Of a DNA stretch of 64,000 bases, positions 11,796 to 24,389 are shown one piece after another. How positions within the stretch are numbered: the stretch's first letter is position 1; every line of letters starts with the position of its first letter. Below the pieces are notes generated by a model that did no database searches, was not told the origin of the DNA, and saw only the letters and a program-made list of their open reading frames with translations. Origin of the DNA: Takakia lepidozioides (taxonomy: Eukaryota; Plantae; Bryophyta); NCBI GenBank assembly GCA_030704615.1, contig CM060733.1:32054001-32118000 (forward strand), in the 5' to 3' direction. The translations under genes were made by a program, and so were the position numbers.

Positions 11796-13028
11796 TCACG
11801 TGTACCATGGATGTCTACACCCCGTGGTCCTCACCGGCTCGCCCCCACTCACTGCCTGTACCGTCTCGGTAGGCCGAGAGACCATGAAGGGGAGTGCACT
11901 CCGCACTCTATGTTGCTCAGCCATAGCCAAGCTGATAATCCAGGTCAAGCAATTGAGATCCATTGCTTGCCCCAACACCTGACGCCGTGATGCCTCAGAA
12001 AGAGAAGGCACCGTCGTGGTCCCAGTGGAAAACCCCATAGCCCGCTCTCGCTCGTCGGCATTAGGCTCCACTAACTGCTGCAACTGAGCATCCCACAGGA
12101 GGCCAGGTCCACCATCCCGAAAAGCATGGGATCCTGGGAAGCTGAGCAGTATAGGTAATGCTGCTCGTGGTTGACCCACCCTGTTGACCACTGCCAAAGG
12201 CGAACGGTCATCATGTCTCACACGTTGAGACTGCCTCCCTGTGTCCAAAATGCTGTCCACTATGAGGTGTGTTGGCCGCTGCACCCCATCAAATGCACGC
12301 TTGAGTAGTGCGGGTGGCATCAAGTTAGTCCACCATAGCCGTGGACGATGAGCCCGTGATCCCACTGCAGCTGCATCCAGCAGCACTGCTGACCCAAGCC
12401 ACGACCGGACTTGATGCACACTGGCCATCACCCTGGCCCGAGAATCGCCCATCAGTGGCACATTCTCCAAGATGTATGCTGGCGATACAGCTTGATGAAG
12501 CTGCAAGTGGCGCAAAATCCGCACCATCTCCCAAAACAGACCCGTCCTCGAGTCTCGCAATACATTACCATGCCCGACTGATGAATGCCCTTGGCAGGGC
12601 CAACCTGCCACTACCAGATCAATGGAGCCAACCTGCTCCAAATCTGGCGCCCCCAACAACGAAATGTCTGCTGGCAAGGCTTGTTGGTATCCACGAACTG
12701 CAGGCACTGGCAACAAAGCAGAGTACTGCTGTACCAACTGAGCAACATGGCGCAGTGAGACACGTCGTGCAGTCTCATCCCTCTCCACATATAGGTAACG
12801 CCTTACCCGCATACCTGCCTGTAGCACAGCAGCCAATCCGGTGGTGATCCCGCCAAACAAGTCCAGAAGGCAAATACCTTCATCCGGATACTGCCACACA
12901 ATAGGTGTGGTATCCAATGGTGACAACTGAGGTGGTCCTGGTGCAATACCCGCACTCTCCTCCTCTCCTGACGGTACAAAAGCCTCTACCCAGGCTTGTT
13001 GCACCCGTCGATCAGCAACCTGCTGCAA
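11796..13028 (-). CDS. DNMT3-like DNA (cytosine-5)-methyltransferase domain within Pol
   Basis: Motif I LLDLFGGITTG, II YVERD, IV DLVVAGWPCQ, VI YILENV, VIII DAAAVGSRAHRPRLWWTNL, IX ERERAMGF, X RRQVLGQAM; same frame as protease and RT. Confidence 0.92.
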   Translation of the reverse strand: MQQVADRRVQQAWVEAFVPSGEEESAGIAPGPPQLSPLDTTPIVWQYPDEGICLLDLFGGITTGLAAVLQAGMRVRRYLYVERDETARRVSLRHVAQLVQQYSALLPVPAVRGYQQALPADISLLGAPDLEQVGSIDLVVAGWPCQGHSSVGHGNVLRDSRTGLFWEMVRILRHLQLHQAVSPAYILENVPLMGDSRARVMASVHQVRSWLGSAVLLDAAAVGSRAHRPRLWWTNLMPPALLKRAFDGVQRPTHLIVDSILDTGRQSQRVRHDDRSPLAVVNRVGQPRAALPILLSFPGSHAFRDGGPGLLWDAQLQQLVEPNADERERAMGFSTGTTTVPSLSEASRRQVLGQAMDLNCLTWIISLAMAEQHRVRSALPFMVSRPTETVQAVSGGEPVRTTGCRHPWYT

Positions 13029-13043
13029 ATCCTTGCTCGTACC

Positions 13044-13595
13044 TCACAATGGAGTGTGAGCAACCATGGCAGGCAACTGCGCCATACCATGCATGTCATC
13101 CTGCTCTGCTGGAGGTGGCACATCCTCTGCATGGGCATTGCCTTCCAGTAACTCTCCAGGCCAACTAACTGCAGCTGTAAAGGTAACTAGTGTTGGCATC
13201 TTGCCCCGCTGGGCAGCCGCTATACCCCCAATGAATGTCACAGGGAGCTGTGCGCGGCGACCATCGCTTGACTGCCATCCAGGCCTGTAGGATGCTGACT
13301 CCTCCCAAAAGTCCAGGGTGAAGCCCATGGGATATAACACTGCCCCACCAACGAGGACATCGTAAGAGATTGCGTCTGTCACAATGGCATTGGCTCGCAT
13401 CACTGAGCCATCTCTAGGATGATCCGGCTGCAGTCTAATGGCCAACTGATGCCGTGTCATGCCCCGAGCCTGCTCTGATCCTCCCAGAGATGTCTGTATC
13501 TGGAAAGGACAATGCTCCATATCCGCCTCCATGAGGCCCAAACCTGCAATAGCAGCTCTGCCCAACATCAATGGCTGAGCTCCCGAGTCCAACAA
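13044..13595 (-). CDS. Retrotransposon aspartic protease
   Basis: LDSGA active site and YDVLVGG motif. Confidence 0.85.
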   Translation of the reverse strand: MLDSGAQPLMLGRAAIAGLGLMEADMEHCPFQIQTSLGGSEQARGMTRHQLAIRLQPDHPRDGSVMRANAIVTDAISYDVLVGGAVLYPMGFTLDFWEESASYRPGWQSSDGRRAQLPVTFIGGIAAAQRGKMPTLVTFTAAVSWPGELLEGNAHAEDVPPPAEQDDMHGMAQLPAMVAHTPL

Positions 13596-15553
13596 CGTAG
13601 TGGCCGGTACTTCTTGCCTGCCTGTCTACTCAAAGAGAAAATGTCATCCTGGTTGTCTAACAAGACAACTACAGGTGTCACCATGGCGCGCTCAAAGGCT
13701 GGCCTAGCTGGCAGCTCCGTCAACCTAGCAGCTGCAACTTGCCATGGCGCAGCCGTGGCAGTCTTGACCCTCAAATCTGAGGATCTCTCTGCCACTACAC
13801 CTTCCAGTAACTCCGCAGAAGATGAAGTGACCTCCCCACTCTCACAGAGTGTTGCTGCTAGTCTGAACACTGCAGCTGGTCTTACCCCCGGCGTCGCAAT
13901 CATGGTTGCCGAGAACAGTGGGGCTTGACACACAGAGGTGGTTGCCCCCAACAACACACCGGCTGCACTAGCCTTGGCAGCAGGTGTCAGTGCTGCACGT
14001 GTAGCTCTCCCCAATGGCATAGAAACCTCCACCTCGGTAACAGTCGGGCGAGAACTAGGTGCCATGGATGGTGTTGACACTGTCTCCGCCAAGGTGAATG
14101 ATTGAGGCAGCCTCGCCTGACGGCTTGCCTCCCCACGTTGTGGATCCAACTCCACCTCTGCACCTCGTGGCTCAGGAACTCGTGCTGCTCCTCGAGTCAC
14201 GGCTGTAGTAGACTCCACCTGCTCTAGTGGTAGTGCTGCTCCGCACATGAATCCCATGCCTCCCATATCTCCTCCCTCAGGAACAAGAGGTGGACCATCC
14301 CGCCTGGGAGCCGATACCGCCTGAGCTGTAGCCATGGCAGCGAGCCTCTGCTCTAGCTGCTGAAGCCGGTTGGCCATGCCTTGGTCAACACCCTGACCTC
14401 CGCGTCCTTGGCCATGTTGAGCTTGCCCTTGGCCTGCACCTCGTGCCCGACCACCTCGTCCTCTCTGGGCTGGTCCACCTCGCCCCCGGCCACCATTGTT
14501 CCCTTGGAACTGGCCTGGGCGCAACTCAGGATGCAAGTCATAACACTGGGCATCTCCATGCCCATACTTGCCACAACGCCCACACTGCAACTGTGCAGGC
14601 TGTGTTTGTGCTGGCCTTTTGCCACTCTCTGGGCAATCTTTCTTGACATGGGGTCCTCCACATGTCCAACATATCACCCCTGGTTGCTGTTGGCCTGCAA
14701 AAGATGCCACGGGCCTCTGCACCTGAGGTCCCCTGTAAGCTCCATGGAACTTGGGTTGGGAAACCTTTCCCCCCTGACCACGCTGTTGGGCAGTCCCTTG
14801 TGCCTGTGGGCTGGCAGCTGCGCCTCGTGCAGACATGTCCTTGCCAAACCCAATGGTAACAACTCGCTCCTCCACCATGTTGAGCTCAATCCGCTCAGCC
14901 AACAGAAACACATCTGCTAATGTGGGTTAGGCTGCTTGTAACAGGGTTGCATCCCGCACCCTTCTCCTGAGCTCCTTGTCCAAAATTCCATACCAGAACT
15001 GGATTGCCTCAGTAACCCCTTGGGTCACACTTATCAAGCGTCTCATACGAGTGTAGGCCTCTCGCAAGCTCTCACTGGGTTTGCGCTGGAAGTCTTGCAA
15101 ACTTCGCAGCTTCTCTGTCCGTACACCTTGGTAGTTCCTCCGCAACTCCTGAAAGAACTCCATCACAGGGTTGAATCTAGGCACATGTGTTGTAGTCGTG
15201 GCAGGAGGAGTAGTAGCACATTTTGAACTGGTACCACCTGTAGAAGTACCGGCACTACTTGTTCCACTACTAGTGCTGGCAGTGGGAGATATTGGTACTG
15301 ATGCAGCTACTGGTCGCGTCGTGCCTCGAGTAATGGAGACGTAGTCAGGTGACCAATACATCCTCCACTCCTCAATCTCTGCTTCATGTCCTCGCCTGAA
15401 CTCGTGGTAATCGTCCATAGGCGGGCCTTCCAAATGCTGGAACAGTCCCTTCCACGCCATGAATGGGGGAATAGCTGTGGGTTGCGCATCTGCTGCAAAT
15501 CACACCAGCTGTCGAACTCCTGGATAAAGTCATCCAACTCGATTGTGCCCATA
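13568..15553 (-). pseudogene. gag of the outer element, 3' part (frameshifted), with zinc knuckles
   Basis: GTIELDDFIQEFDSWCD, FQRKPSESLREAYTRM, CWTCGGPHVKKDC, CGRCGKYGHGDAQC. Confidence 0.85.
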
Positions 15554-16277
15554 TGTCGCACACCTCAGTTCGGTAAACTCCCCTTCAAGTCATAGTTACT
15601 CGCTTTGATGCGCGCGCCTGACTCCCAACCTGGCCGCCGGGCCAACTTGGAGTTTCGGCTGCTCACCGGGACATAACGGTCCCCTTCCGCTTCCCTCTAA
15701 ACCCTCCACCTATTTGGGACTAGGAGAATTCCCTTTGGTAGATGGCAGTCCGGAACAGCTCCCCACTCTTTGGTCGCTTTCCGGCTCGCTCGCTTACTCA
15801 CTAGTTTTTGGTCACCAACGGGCTTGCACCGTTCTCGGGGTTACTACTCCCTATATATACTTCTGTAGCTGTCTGCGGGGGTTTCATAACCAGCCATGCC
15901 ATTTTATGGCGAACCACCACGAAAACCCTCGACTCCCGGTGGTGAGTCGCGGTGAGTCTTGGCCCACTCACCGCGGCCCCAATGGACCGTGATGAGTCCC
16001 AAGACTCCCCACGACTCCCACCTCGAGGTCTCCACCCCATGGTGAGTCCTATGCCACCCCCACTAAGTCCCACTAAGCTACCACCACCCCTTGTGGAGCC
16101 ACCTCCACCGCAACCCGGTGTGCGGGGCTCCACCTAGTGAGCGCCTCCGCCTCCTTGAGTGCCTTGGGCACTCAAGGGTGCTTCAGCCCCCCATACCTAT
16201 CGCTGCCGCTGCCCCCACCACAGGGGCAGCCCCTCATGTGTCCCGACCCCCTGCCCTCAAGGCAAAGGGCCGCGACA
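15554..16277 (-). repeat. 3' LTR of the nested chromovirus
   Basis: Direct repeat of 21801-22524. Confidence 0.97.
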
Positions 16278-17183
16278 CACACCCCTACCAACAGGGAGTC
16301 GATGTCCTCATCGACTTGTCCATTTTGTAGAAACGAACATCCAAGTTGTGGCGTCCCACATCAAGGAGTTTGTTTCCGTACCATGGCGTCCCATGGCAAA
16401 GAACCAAACCCCACACTTGACTCCACTCTCCACTAGCTAGTTCGGCCGACTTCCTCCAAGTCCCGGCCAAGGGTGGAGCCTCTCCAGCTCCTCCCAGTGC
16501 ACTCTTCTTGGCCTACTTCAAGGCCAAGGAACGATCCTCCCCGAGGATCGAATCGCCTTACTGCAACAACATTGCTTGCGATCGCTCATGATGCCGCTTT
16601 TGGCATCACCTTGAGCAAGGGTTCACCTGGAACCCTCTTTGACTAGGAAGATAACCTTGAACCAACCGTGCGCCCCAATCACTACAATTGGGTCCGCCTT
16701 GGAATGCTGGCCTGAGGTACGGGAACACGCCGAAGCCGCACTACGACTTCGTCCCGAGGCTACACGATTATAGTACGTGAACGGAAGCACGTAGCTTCCG
16801 CGTTAGCCCGCACTACAAGGCAACCCCCTCGGTAGCGCAGTTATAGTACGCGCACGCGCCAGGTGCGCACTAGCACTTGAACTCCCAAATAAGGCGCAAG
16901 TTTCCTTGCCCCTTGGATGGGAGTCACCCGATTTCGGCACTGCGCAAACACACGATTAACCCAATTTACCTCTCCCACTTTTGTAAGCTAGCATGCATTC
17001 TACACACCAGCCAACCACACCATGCATCACCATTCCAAACACAATAGGACGCACAATATTTGGAACCCATTTCCTTTATCACAAATTTTTGTACAATACA
17101 AGTTTTTGCAATCGGATTCCTGAGCTAGCTAAACCGGGCTAAGCATGCATTTCCTCCCCCACGCTCCAAGGTTGATGTCCCCA

Positions 17184-20100
17184 TCAACGCTTCTTCCGCT
17201 TTTGAGGTCGCCCTTCGAACGCTGCAACTGCCTCGGATGCGTTTCCCATTTCTGAGGCACGCACCCAAGATGCCTCCACAAGATGATAGCCCTTCCATTT
17301 GACGAGATACTCCGTTTCTCGGTTCTTGAACCTCCTCGACTTAAGTATTGCCTCCACCTCGTACTCGGGTTCATTTTCATGATCCAACAGCATAGGTGGC
17401 GGACGCAACACTTGCTGCCGATTCGGACGTGCTTCATCTTTGAAGTAAGGCTTCAAAAGGGAGACATGGAATACTGGGTGCACCTTGCTGTTTGCTGGCA
17501 GCTCCAATTCATACACATCCTCATTCATAACCCTCCGAATGCGAAAGGGACCCGCATACGGAGGTACGAACTTCGGACTCATTTCCGGAGGTAGTCGAAA
17601 ATTCTTGATGTTCAACCAGACCTCTGTGCCTGCCTCAAACTTCACTTCCCTCCGCTTCCGATTCGCCTGCCTTTCATACCGTTTCCTAGCTTTGGCAATG
17701 TTGTACTTTGCGAGCTTCAACAAACGCTCGCGTTCTTCCAGTACCGCCGCTACTGCCGGTTCCTCAACGTCCTGGGCGGCCCAACTTGTCGGCACCAGAG
17801 GTGCTTTTCCATAGACCAACACAAAAGGGGAAACTCCCGTCGCGGAGTGTTCTGTGTTATTATAACAGAACTCTGCCGCGTCTAAGTGTTCCATCCAGTC
17901 TGATTGGTCTGCCGACACGTAATTCCGCAAGAATTGCTTCACTACGGAATTCACTCTTTCCGTTTGGCCGTCCGTCGTAGGTCGGAAGGCGGTGCTCATC
18001 TTCAGCCTCGTCCCCATCTTCTTCCAAAGTGCTCTCCAGAATTTACTCGTAAACTTTGGGTCGCGGTCCGAGACAATATCCTTCGGGACTCCATGATGCT
18101 TTAAGACGTGGGCGAAGTAAAGTCGCCCTGTCTCCTGCGCAGTTGCCGTCTCCTTGGTGGGGATGAAATGGGCCATTTTACTGAACCTATCTACCACCAC
18201 CATGATTGCATCGAATCCTTTTGACAGCGGCATAGCAGTCATGAAATCCATCGAGACGCTTTCCCAAGTCCCCTCTGGAATCGGCAAGGGTTGTAACAGC
18301 CCCGCTTGCTTTTTATACTCGCTCCGGTTTTGTTGGCATGTGGTGCATGTTTTACATACTCCTCTGCCTCCTCCCTCAGTTTGGGCCAGAAATACTCTTT
18401 CTTCAAGAGTGCCGCAGTGCGCTTGGCTCCACCGTGGCCCGCAAGCGGGCTATCATGGCATTCTCTCAAGAGACTATCCCTGATCCCTCCCTTTGGCACA
18501 TAGAGACGTTTTTGCTTATACCGGAGCAGTCCGTTTTGCAAGTGGAACTGCGATTTAACCCCCATTCTCAAGTTCTGCATCACGCACTTTGCCAGCTCAT
18601 CCTTCCGGCAAGCCTTCCGGATCTTCCTTTGGAGCGCCGTCTCGCCCTTGTACACCAACAAGAGCTGCTGCTTTCTACTTAAAGCATCGGCCACCACATT
18701 GTCCCGTCCCGGTTTGTACTGGATATCCACGTCGAACACTGCCAAAGTATCTTGCCACCTAAGTTGTTTTGGGGACAACTTGGGCTGCGTGGCAAAATAC
18801 TTCACCGTGACATTGTCCGTGAACACCTTCACTGGGTTGGAACCAACATAGTGGCGCCAGAGTTCAAGGCAATGTACCACCGCCTTCATCTCTTTTTCGT
18901 GCGTCGGCCACCGTCGCTCCACTTCATTCAGTTTCTTACTTTCGTAAGCCACTGGACGTCCATCTTGCATAAGTACACCCCCAATTGCGAAGTCCGATGC
19001 ATCTGTATGAATCTCAAACGGACGATCGAACTCCGGGATTTTTAAGACTGGAGCTTCCGTCATCCGCTGCTTCAATTCAGCAAAAGCTTGGCCACAAAAT
19101 GTGTTCCATACCCAGACTTTGGATTTACACAGAAGGTCCGACAGCGGCCCCGCGATCTTGGCGAAATTTCTCACATACTTCCGGTAATAGGAGGCGAGTC
19201 CTAGGAAGGATCGCACTCCCGGGACCGAAGTCGGAGGCTCCCAGTCCAAGATCGCCCTCACCTTTCTGTCATCCATTTTGATCCCATCCTGTGTAATCAC
19301 GTGCCCCAAGAACTCCACTTTTGTGACCCCGAATTCGCACTTTGAAGCTTTGGCATACAGCTTCCCTTCTCGCAATTTTTGGAACACCCTTTTGAGGTGC
19401 TCCAGGTGCTCCTCCTTTGTTTTCGAGTACACCAAGATGTCGTCGATGTACACGATCACAAAGTCATCCAACCACTCCTGGAAAAGGCTGTTCATCAGCG
19501 TGCTAAATGTCGCTGGTGCATTGGTGAGCCCAAAAGGCATCACCAAGAACTCATATGAACCATACCTTGTCCTGCACGCGGTCTTCTCCTCATCTCCTTC
19601 CGCCACCCGAATTTGGTGATAGCCGGAGCGCAAGTCGATCCGGCTGAAATACTTCGCTCCTGCCAACCGATCGAAGAGGTCGTCGATCCTTGGCAAAGGG
19701 TACCGGTTTTTGATAGTCACCTTATTCAGAGCCCTGTAATCGACACACATCCGCAGCGTCCCATCCTTCTTGTCTGCAAATAGCACCGGGGCTCCGTAAG
19801 GTGACTTACTCGGCCGGATGTACCCCTTTGACATTAGATCTTTGAGCTGAGTCTTCAGCTCGACCAACTCTTTGTGGCTCAACCGGTAGGGCGCCTTGGC
19901 AGGCGGTTCCGATCCCGGTATCACCTCAATTTTGTGGTCAACTCCTCTTCGCGGTGGCAAGCCGCTTGGTAAATCCTCCGGCATCACATCCTGGTATTTC
20001 TCCAAAATCCCCTTGATCCAATCTGGGCTCGGCTCCCCATCGCCTTCTCCTTTCACTTCTCTAATGTAAAGCAAAAACTGGGACTCGTGTGTCTCCTCCA

Positions 20101-21808
20101 CGGCCCACTCCTTTGCTGATAGAAGGTTTATTCGCCCTCCCACGGATTTGGGCGTTTCCGACACTCGTAAAACCTCGCCACCATTCCCACATGGCAGCGT
20201 GACTACTCTCTTGCGGCCATCTATGACCGCTCCGGATTTGCTCAAAAAGGTCATTCCCAAAATGAGATCCACTCCATCGATCTCGCAGATAGTGAAGTTC
20301 TCACGTCCCTCCCAACTCCCCAGTTGAAGAGGAACATCAAACGCCAACCTTGTCGCCAACTGAGGTTCTCCTTTGGCAGAGCGCACCTCAATAGAGGCCC
20401 CCACGTCACTTGTCGGGAGTCCCAACTTTCGCGCCGCCGCCGGCGTCATGAAGGAGTGCGACGCTCCTGTGTCCACCAACAACGACACATTAGTTCCGGA
20501 TATTATCCCATCCACGAACAATAACTGACTCCCTTTTCGTAAGGCGCCAGTTTCCTGATACAACTCACAAGAAAATTTGCCTACCTTGCAAGTCCTGGCG
20601 ACCACCGCTTCCACCAAGCGACTGATGGTATCTTCCGACAGCTCCGTGGTCGCCCGAGTCATGTTCAATTGCCGGGGCTTCGTGCACTTCTTGGCCATGT
20701 GCCCGGGCTCCCCGCAATTGAAACACACTCCATCAAAGGTCGCCTTCTGTCCGCCATAAGTCGCTCCACCCGCTTTTCCTTTCGAAGCACCGGGTGCCGC
20801 CTTGACGTGTGAAGGACCTCCCTTCGATTTCCACGTGCCATTTTCGCCGCGTGGCCTATCCCACTTCTTTTCCGGTCGGAAGGAGTCACCTTCCCGCCGG
20901 GTCTTCTTGTGGTTCAGCTCCGTACGGCCTTGTCTCTCACCCCTAGGGACATCCGAGAAACATTCAGCTCTCTCAATTGCCTCGTTCAAAGTCTTGGGTG
21001 GCTTCTCCTCCAACTTCCGCCTAGCCCATGGGGCCAGTCCCGCCACAAAGTTGAAGACCATTTCTGGTTCTGCCATGTCCGCGACTTCGAGCAACAGCAC
21101 ATTGAAAGCCTGGACATACCCCCGAATGTCATCTGTTTGCTTCAAATTCCTCATCTTGTCCCGGGCAAGCCAGGATGCGTTGAGGGGCACAAACTGTCTC
21201 TTCATCAATTCCTTGAACTCACTCCAGTTCAAGGTTTCCGGGCTTGGGCCTCGGTCGTGAAGGCGTTTCTGCCACCATTGTTGAGCATAGCCCCTCAAAT
21301 AGGTGGGAGCCACTTCCACCCGATCCTCGTCACTCAACTTGGCCGCCCGGAAGTACTGCTCTAGCTCCAGGAGCCAGGTGTTGAGTGCCTTCCGGTTTCG
21401 AACGCCCTCGAAGGTGCCGGGTTCCTTAGGCTTCACCTTAAACTTTGCCTTGGTGGAAGTGGCATTAGCCGCCTTCAACACGTCTTTCAACGTCCCGCCA
21501 AACTGCGCCAACAACCCTTCCCAAAAGGCTGCCGGCATGGGAGGCATCTCTTGGCTTGTCGGAGCTCTCAAAGATTCCTCGGGCTCCGACTCCTCGGATT
21601 CCTCCCGCTCCTGAGCGGCCTCGTTTTCGGAAACATTAATCGCTTCCTCAAACGGCCGCCTCGGTGACACGTCGCCCCCATCGGGCTCACCGGGATCATC
21701 ATCTTTTGGGCCGTTCCGCTTTCGCTTCGGCTTGCCCGACCCCATGATGAGGCCAATCCCAAGGACGATCGCGTACTGAACTCTAGGCTCTGATACCAAA
21801 TGTCGCAC
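17184..21808 (-). CDS. gag-pol polyprotein (Gag, CCHC, PR, RT, RH, INT, chromodomain); single 1-nt frameshift near 18350
   Basis: [63 protein letters not shown]; restoring one A in the AAAA run gives [11 protein letters not shown]. Confidence 0.95.
21787..21798 (-). promoter_or_regulatory. Primer binding site, tRNA-iMet
   Basis: TGGTATCAGAGC 2 nt downstream of the 5' LTR. Confidence 0.92.
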
Positions 21809-22524
21809 ACCTCAGTTCGGTAAACTCCCCTTCAAGTCATAGTTACTCGCTTTGATGCGCGCGCCTGACTCCCAACCTGGCCGCCGGGCCAACTTGGAGT
21901 TTCGGCTGCTCACCGGGACATAACGGTCCCCTTCCGCTTCCCTCTAAACCCTCCACCTATTTGGGACTAGGAGAATTCCCTTTGGTAGATGGCAGTCCGG
22001 AACAGCTCCCCACTCTTTGGTCGCTTTCCGGCTCGCTCGCTTACTCACTAGTTTTTGGTCACCAACGGGCTTGCACCGTTCTCGGGGTTACTACTCCCTA
22101 TATATACTTCTGTAGCTGTCTGCGGGGGTTTCATAACCAGCCATGCCATTTTATGGCGAACCACCACGAAAACCCTCGACTCCCGGTGGTGAGTCGCGGT
22201 GAGTCTTGGCCCACTCACCGCGGCCCCAATGGACCGTGATGAGTCCCAAGACTCCCCACGACTCCCACCTCGAGGTCTCCACCCCATGGTGAGTCCTATG
22301 CCACCCCCACTAAGTCCCACTAAGCTACCACCACCCCTTGTGGAGCCACCTCCACCGCAACCCGGTGTGCGGGGCTCCACCTAGTGAGCGCCTCCGCCTC
22401 CTTGAGTGCCTTGGGCACTCAAGGGTGCTTCAGCCCCCCATACCTATCGCTGCCGCTGCCCCCACCACAGGGGCAGCCCCTCATGTGTCCCGACCCCCTG
22501 CCCTCAAGGCAAAGGGCCGCGACA
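21801..22524 (-). repeat. 5' LTR of the nested chromovirus
   Basis: Direct repeat of 15554-16277. Confidence 0.97.
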
Positions 22525-22529
22525 CCATA

Positions 22530-22795
22530 GCTCCAGAGTACCTACGAGGCCCCTTGGTAGCTCCATACATCTCCTCCATGTCGTCCCACAACAATGGCGA
22601 ATGAAACTGCACACCTGTTGATGAAGCCTCCGAGTCTGTGTCTGACTCTGCACTAGTTGAGGGTGGAGGTGAAGGTGGTTTGAAACGAACACCTCGTCTG
22701 GTGAACCCACTCTCACTGCTACTGCCTGTAGCCGTACTCCCCTCAAAACCCTTGGGTAACTCCGTGATGACACTCACAATGTGCACCTCCCCCAC
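22530..22795 (-). pseudogene. gag of the outer element, 5' part
   Basis: ...KGPRRYSGAM joins in frame to GTIELDDF after removing the nested element. Confidence 0.8.
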
Positions 22796-23338
22796 GTGAC
22801 ACTATAGGGCTCTAGTACTAATTCTAATAGTGACACGGGTGGGCACTTGTTGCAGTTTAAGGGTCATATCCCAATGGCTCAGGGCACCTGCACCTGCATC
22901 CACCGCAAGAACTCCTATGGTTGGCTGGTCATCAACCCAGCCTCACCATAGAAGAAACACTGGTGGTCTTGTTGGTCATCACTCCAGCCTCACCACCGAC
23001 AGCATACTCTAGGATTGACCGGTGATCAAATCCGGCCTAATCCCTATGAAAGCAAGCGCCCACACAAAACCAACATGGCGCACAGTCAAGCATGCAGGTG
23101 TTGGGGGGGATCCAAACACAAGAAATCAAAACATCAACACCCCCACACCAAAATCCAGCTGCAATGATCTTGCAGAATAGCCCAGCCCAAAACCCCGGAC
23201 TGACTGGCCTCCACCAAGAGAGGCTTTGGCAACTACAAGTACAAGGTAATGAAAATAGTACAGAGATGGAGGGGAAGAATAGAAGCCCGACCAAGCAAGA
23301 TCTAATCCTGATCTATGCTATCAACTGTCAGACTTCTC

Positions 23339-24061
23339 TCAAAGTGCCTCGCTCTGCATGATGGTAAGGTGTAGGAATACATCTATGTCTAGAAACCTGC
23401 CACTAACCTTGTCCCAAGCTACAGTAGCTTGCTCTAACCAACCCTCCTCCTCTTTCTGCCAGGTAGAGACAAAGCAACACTCTGCTATCTCCCGCTCACG
23501 GAACACTAAAGAAAACAAAGGTAGGGTCTGATAGTCTCTCAACTCGAAAGCTTTGAGACGGTTGCGGGTGTCCTCATTGCGAATGACTGCATCTCCTTCA
23601 AGCAGAACAAACTTGTCCTCGCTAATGAACCCCCGCTCGTGGTTGCCTTGTGCAGAGCGTGTCCGGCTGCAATGCTGTCTAATTGCACAAACTTCAGTAG
23701 CTCCTGCTCCTCTGCTCCAGTACACCATGGCCTTGTGGCTAAACACCTTGGTACCCGGGGCTGTCTTTGGCTGTGTTCCAAGCCTAGCTTTCACCCACTT
23801 TGGTATTTCACCTACAGCTGCAAAACTGCTGGCTCCAACAAAGTTCTGACTGTCCAAAGCGATATTGAGGCCCTCAACGCCAACTACAGCAGTCTGTTGT
23901 GTACTGCTAATGCCTGACTCCCAGTATGCAATCAACTCGTCCAACTGTTCTCCACTCAAATCAGTCTGAGTTCCTTGGGAAACATAAATCTTGTCCCCTT
24001 GGGTGTACAGGCTAAGAGAAGAGACCTGCCCTTCAATTACGTCCTCATTTCCCCCAGCCAT
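23339..24061 (-). CDS. Extra 240-aa ORF upstream of gag, unknown function
   Basis: Open ATG-to-stop frame with globular composition inside the outer element. Confidence 0.55.
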   Translation of the reverse strand: MAGGNEDVIEGQVSSLSLYTQGDKIYVSQGTQTDLSGEQLDELIAYWESGISSTQQTAVVGVEGLNIALDSQNFVGASSFAAVGEIPKWVKARLGTQPKTAPGTKVFSHKAMVYWSRGAGATEVCAIRQHCSRTRSAQGNHERGFISEDKFVLLEGDAVIRNEDTRNRLKAFELRDYQTLPLFSLVFREREIAECCFVSTWQKEEEGWLEQATVAWDKVSGRFLDIDVFLHLTIMQSEAL

Positions 24062-24389
24062 ACAAGGAGGACATCCACAAATTTGTCTCTCATATAGACC
24101 AGCACAGGTTCTAGAAACAGAATTGTGGATTTTTCATGGCACACTCACACTCTAAAAATTCCATAGATTTTTAGCAGAGTCCCAAAAACAAAAACTGAGT
24201 CAAACGGAGCTCATTTGACAAAGATATGATCAACCAACCTCTAAATCATTTGAATTAGATCAAAAAGGTTTTTTTTTTTCTTAAACACCAAAACGTTCTC
24301 GCCATTAAAAACTGTTCCCAAGTCACCTACGAGTTCCCAACACGTCCATGTAGTTTTCACAGATTCCCTGGATTTCACCTACAGGTGTT

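Larger units (their letters stand above)
15554..22524 (-). mobile_element. Nested Ty3/gypsy chromovirus, very recent insertion
   Basis: Two 724-bp TG...CA LTRs that appear identical, 5-bp TSD CCATA (15549-15553 and 22525-22529), tRNA-Met PBS, chromodomain integrase. Confidence 0.97.

Noticed and set aside
15714-16470. Small ORFs in the LTRs
   Set aside because: Duplicated LTR sequence with Pro/Gly-rich composition and no domain signal
16700-16880. Ribozyme in the chromovirus 3' UTR
   Set aside because: Short hairpins are present but no complete hammerhead or HDV core could be identified
18340-18360. Programmed frameshift in the chromovirus pol
   Set aside because: Falls inside the integrase zinc finger at a homopolymer; a mutation or sequencing error is more likely
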